DNA of 64,000 bases. Origin: Felis catus (Eukaryota). This document shows positions 62,155 to 64,000 of the stretch, piece by piece (within the stretch, counting starts at the first letter, position 1; each line of letters starts with the position of its first letter). The translations under genes and the position numbers were made by a program. The notes beneath the pieces were generated by a model. That model saw only the letters and a list, made by a program, of their open reading frames with translations, was not told where the DNA came from and searched no databases. Location of the stretch: positions 70,248,001-70,312,000 of the forward strand of contig NC_058368.1 of assembly GCF_018350175.1 (NCBI RefSeq), written 5' to 3'.

Positions 62155-63300
62155 CCCCAAGGTGTAGATGTTCAGATTTCTAGCAATCTCTACTCCATCT
62201 CGACATCATCTTCCTTGGCTCTTCTGAGCAGGCTCCCACTGTACCATCCTCATGACAGGCAGTTGCCGGCACCAGAACAGAAGGGAAGCTCCGAGCTGTT
62301 GCACTAGAATCTGCTCCTGCCCAACTGCCTGACAAAAAAAAAAAAAAAAAAAAAAAAAAAACCAGGCTCCGAGTGTCAAACAGGAGGGGTGGTGCAAAAA
62401 CCAGATGACACACCTCGGATGCACCAAAATCTTTAAGGTATCGTTTTTTCCAGTAGATTGCTTCCCTGTTAATACCAAAGAACAAATAAGCAGGAGATTT
62501 ACATGTGGTTAACTGGGAAACTGCCGGCTCCTGTGGATTTGCTTAGGATTGTTCGGAATCTCAGAACCTGCCCAAAATGAAAAAAATGGTGCCAGACAGC
62601 CACCCTGCTGCAGATGCTGCTGGAAGGCACAAAGAATGTTCATCTGCTGCAAGGAATCACTCTCCCAGAATGCTTAGCCCAGCATCTATATTAGCAAACA
62701 TCTCTTTCCTTGACCTAAATATGCTGTTTGTTTAATCCTGCATCCGTGAGGAACAGAGAAGCAAAAGGAAAAAAAAAAAAAAAAAGCCCAAAAATGAGAG
62801 AAATCACTAAGATGACTGCTGCTATGGAAACATGTGTAAGCCCACTTCAAACAACCTTTTGCATGTGTGGGTAACAGCTTGCTGACAGCAAATCACAAGG
62901 GAACACAAAATTGCTGTGTCAATCTTGACTTCTGCCCACTTCCACTCTGCTAGAGAGAGGACTAGCAACTTTGCACTACTTAATACAATTCTCCCATCTC
63001 TGGTACCCAAAGACGCAAATGAGAACGTGCATAGAGTCACCTGATCAGGCTGGACATACACCTTCTGAAGCAGCACTCTAATATGCGACGGTACATACAC
63101 ACGGAAGTCCCACAGTCAACAGGGCTATTATCTGGGGTGCATAAATTAATCCAGGTCCCTGCACTGCAGAATGAACTGGCTAACACTATACTACCATATG
63201 TGTGTCTTCGGCGATGGTGAATAGGGAAACTTGTCACTGATAAAATACTAAATTGACCCTTGCATTCCCCTTCCGAAAACTGAAAAGTAAATTATGTAAA
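62155..63300 (-). promoter_or_regulatory. Putative 5' UTR and non-CpG promoter region of the DOCK9 MGCTTS exon
   Basis: Repeat-free sequence directly upstream of the ATG, with E-boxes (CAGATG/CATCTG) and a T28-gtcag acceptor-like site at 62329. TSS cannot be determined from sequence. Confidence 0.45.
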
Positions 63301-64000
63301 AAGACTATGATGAACTCACAGGAAAACCCCTCCCACCTACAATATGTATCTAGAAAAAAGTTACTGCTCTTTTAAGATCTGTTCTGAATTCTTCCTTATT
63401 TCACAAGGCAACAGATGGTTTTCATTTTCTATCTACAGATTTCAAAGTTAGAGTGAATTATAATGACTGAGTACCTACTGGTTGGTAACAGAGACCAGTG
63501 TAATGTAATAAAAGCAGATCTTTAGAGAATACTATGTGGTCACATAATCTCAAAATTTCTGTTTTTTATGGTTAGTTTACCTATTAGACCTCACAGATAA
63601 GCAAAAATCTAGGCTTCTTTCTCCTGCATTTTTATGCAAACTTTCTCGAACAGCCACAGAGATCAAAGGAGTAAAGATACTGGCCACATGAAAAAAGAAC
63701 AAAAACAAAACACCAGAGTAACTATACGTGGTCTAGAGCATTCAGCTTCAGAATTGCAATTCTGTTAAAACAGAGCTACCATGTTCAAGACTACACCCAA
63801 GTCCTGACATCAGAACAGCCAATTCTTCATGTGACATCACAATGCTGGCAGATAAATAACATGAAAACTCATCTACACAGAAACTGAATATTGTGGACTA
63901 TAAAACCCTCAACACATGGGTTAAATTACCTATCTTGAGAATTCCAAATGCTCACCATCAATCTTAACTTCTATACTGCAAGGAAAACAATTTAAAAAAT

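Noticed and set aside
1..64000. CRISPR arrays, operons, prophage, rRNA/snoRNA/miRNA genes, processed pseudogenes
   Set aside because: Mammalian intronic DNA with no regularly spaced repeats or recognisable RNA-gene signatures. A covariance-model search (Infernal/Rfam) would be needed to exclude small RNAs.

Overview
Mammalian genomic DNA, almost certainly from a felid (about 39 carnivore tRNA-derived Can-SINEs, several of the young SINEC_Fc type, plus a carnivore L1 3' end). The window is the 5' region of DOCK9 (Zizimin-1, a Cdc42 GEF) on the minus strand. It is nearly all intron but holds two alternative coding first exons. One encodes MGCTTSVILFKG...SSCL (62154-61993, donor CTG|gtaaat). The other encodes MQADKCRTS...SPGPVL (19601-19476, donor CTG|gtgaga) and sits in a small CpG-rich patch. 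Both end in phase 0 and should splice to the shared exon starting AKPKLIEPLDYE, which I did not find and which presumably lies below coordinate 1. Gene identity rests on my recall of the DOCK9 N-termini, not on a database search. The rest is interspersed repeats (SINE, MIR, L1, L2, LTR, hAT MITEs), microsatellites and unique intron. Other ORFs in the track are repeat-derived or unsupported. I found no convincing wholly new system. The best leads are a predicted myristoylation/palmitoylation (MGCxxS) N-terminus on one isoform, uORF-rich leaders on both exons, a few frame-preserving candidate cassette exons, and repeated SINE insertion into the same target sites. Repeat boundaries and subfamily names are by eye and approximate.
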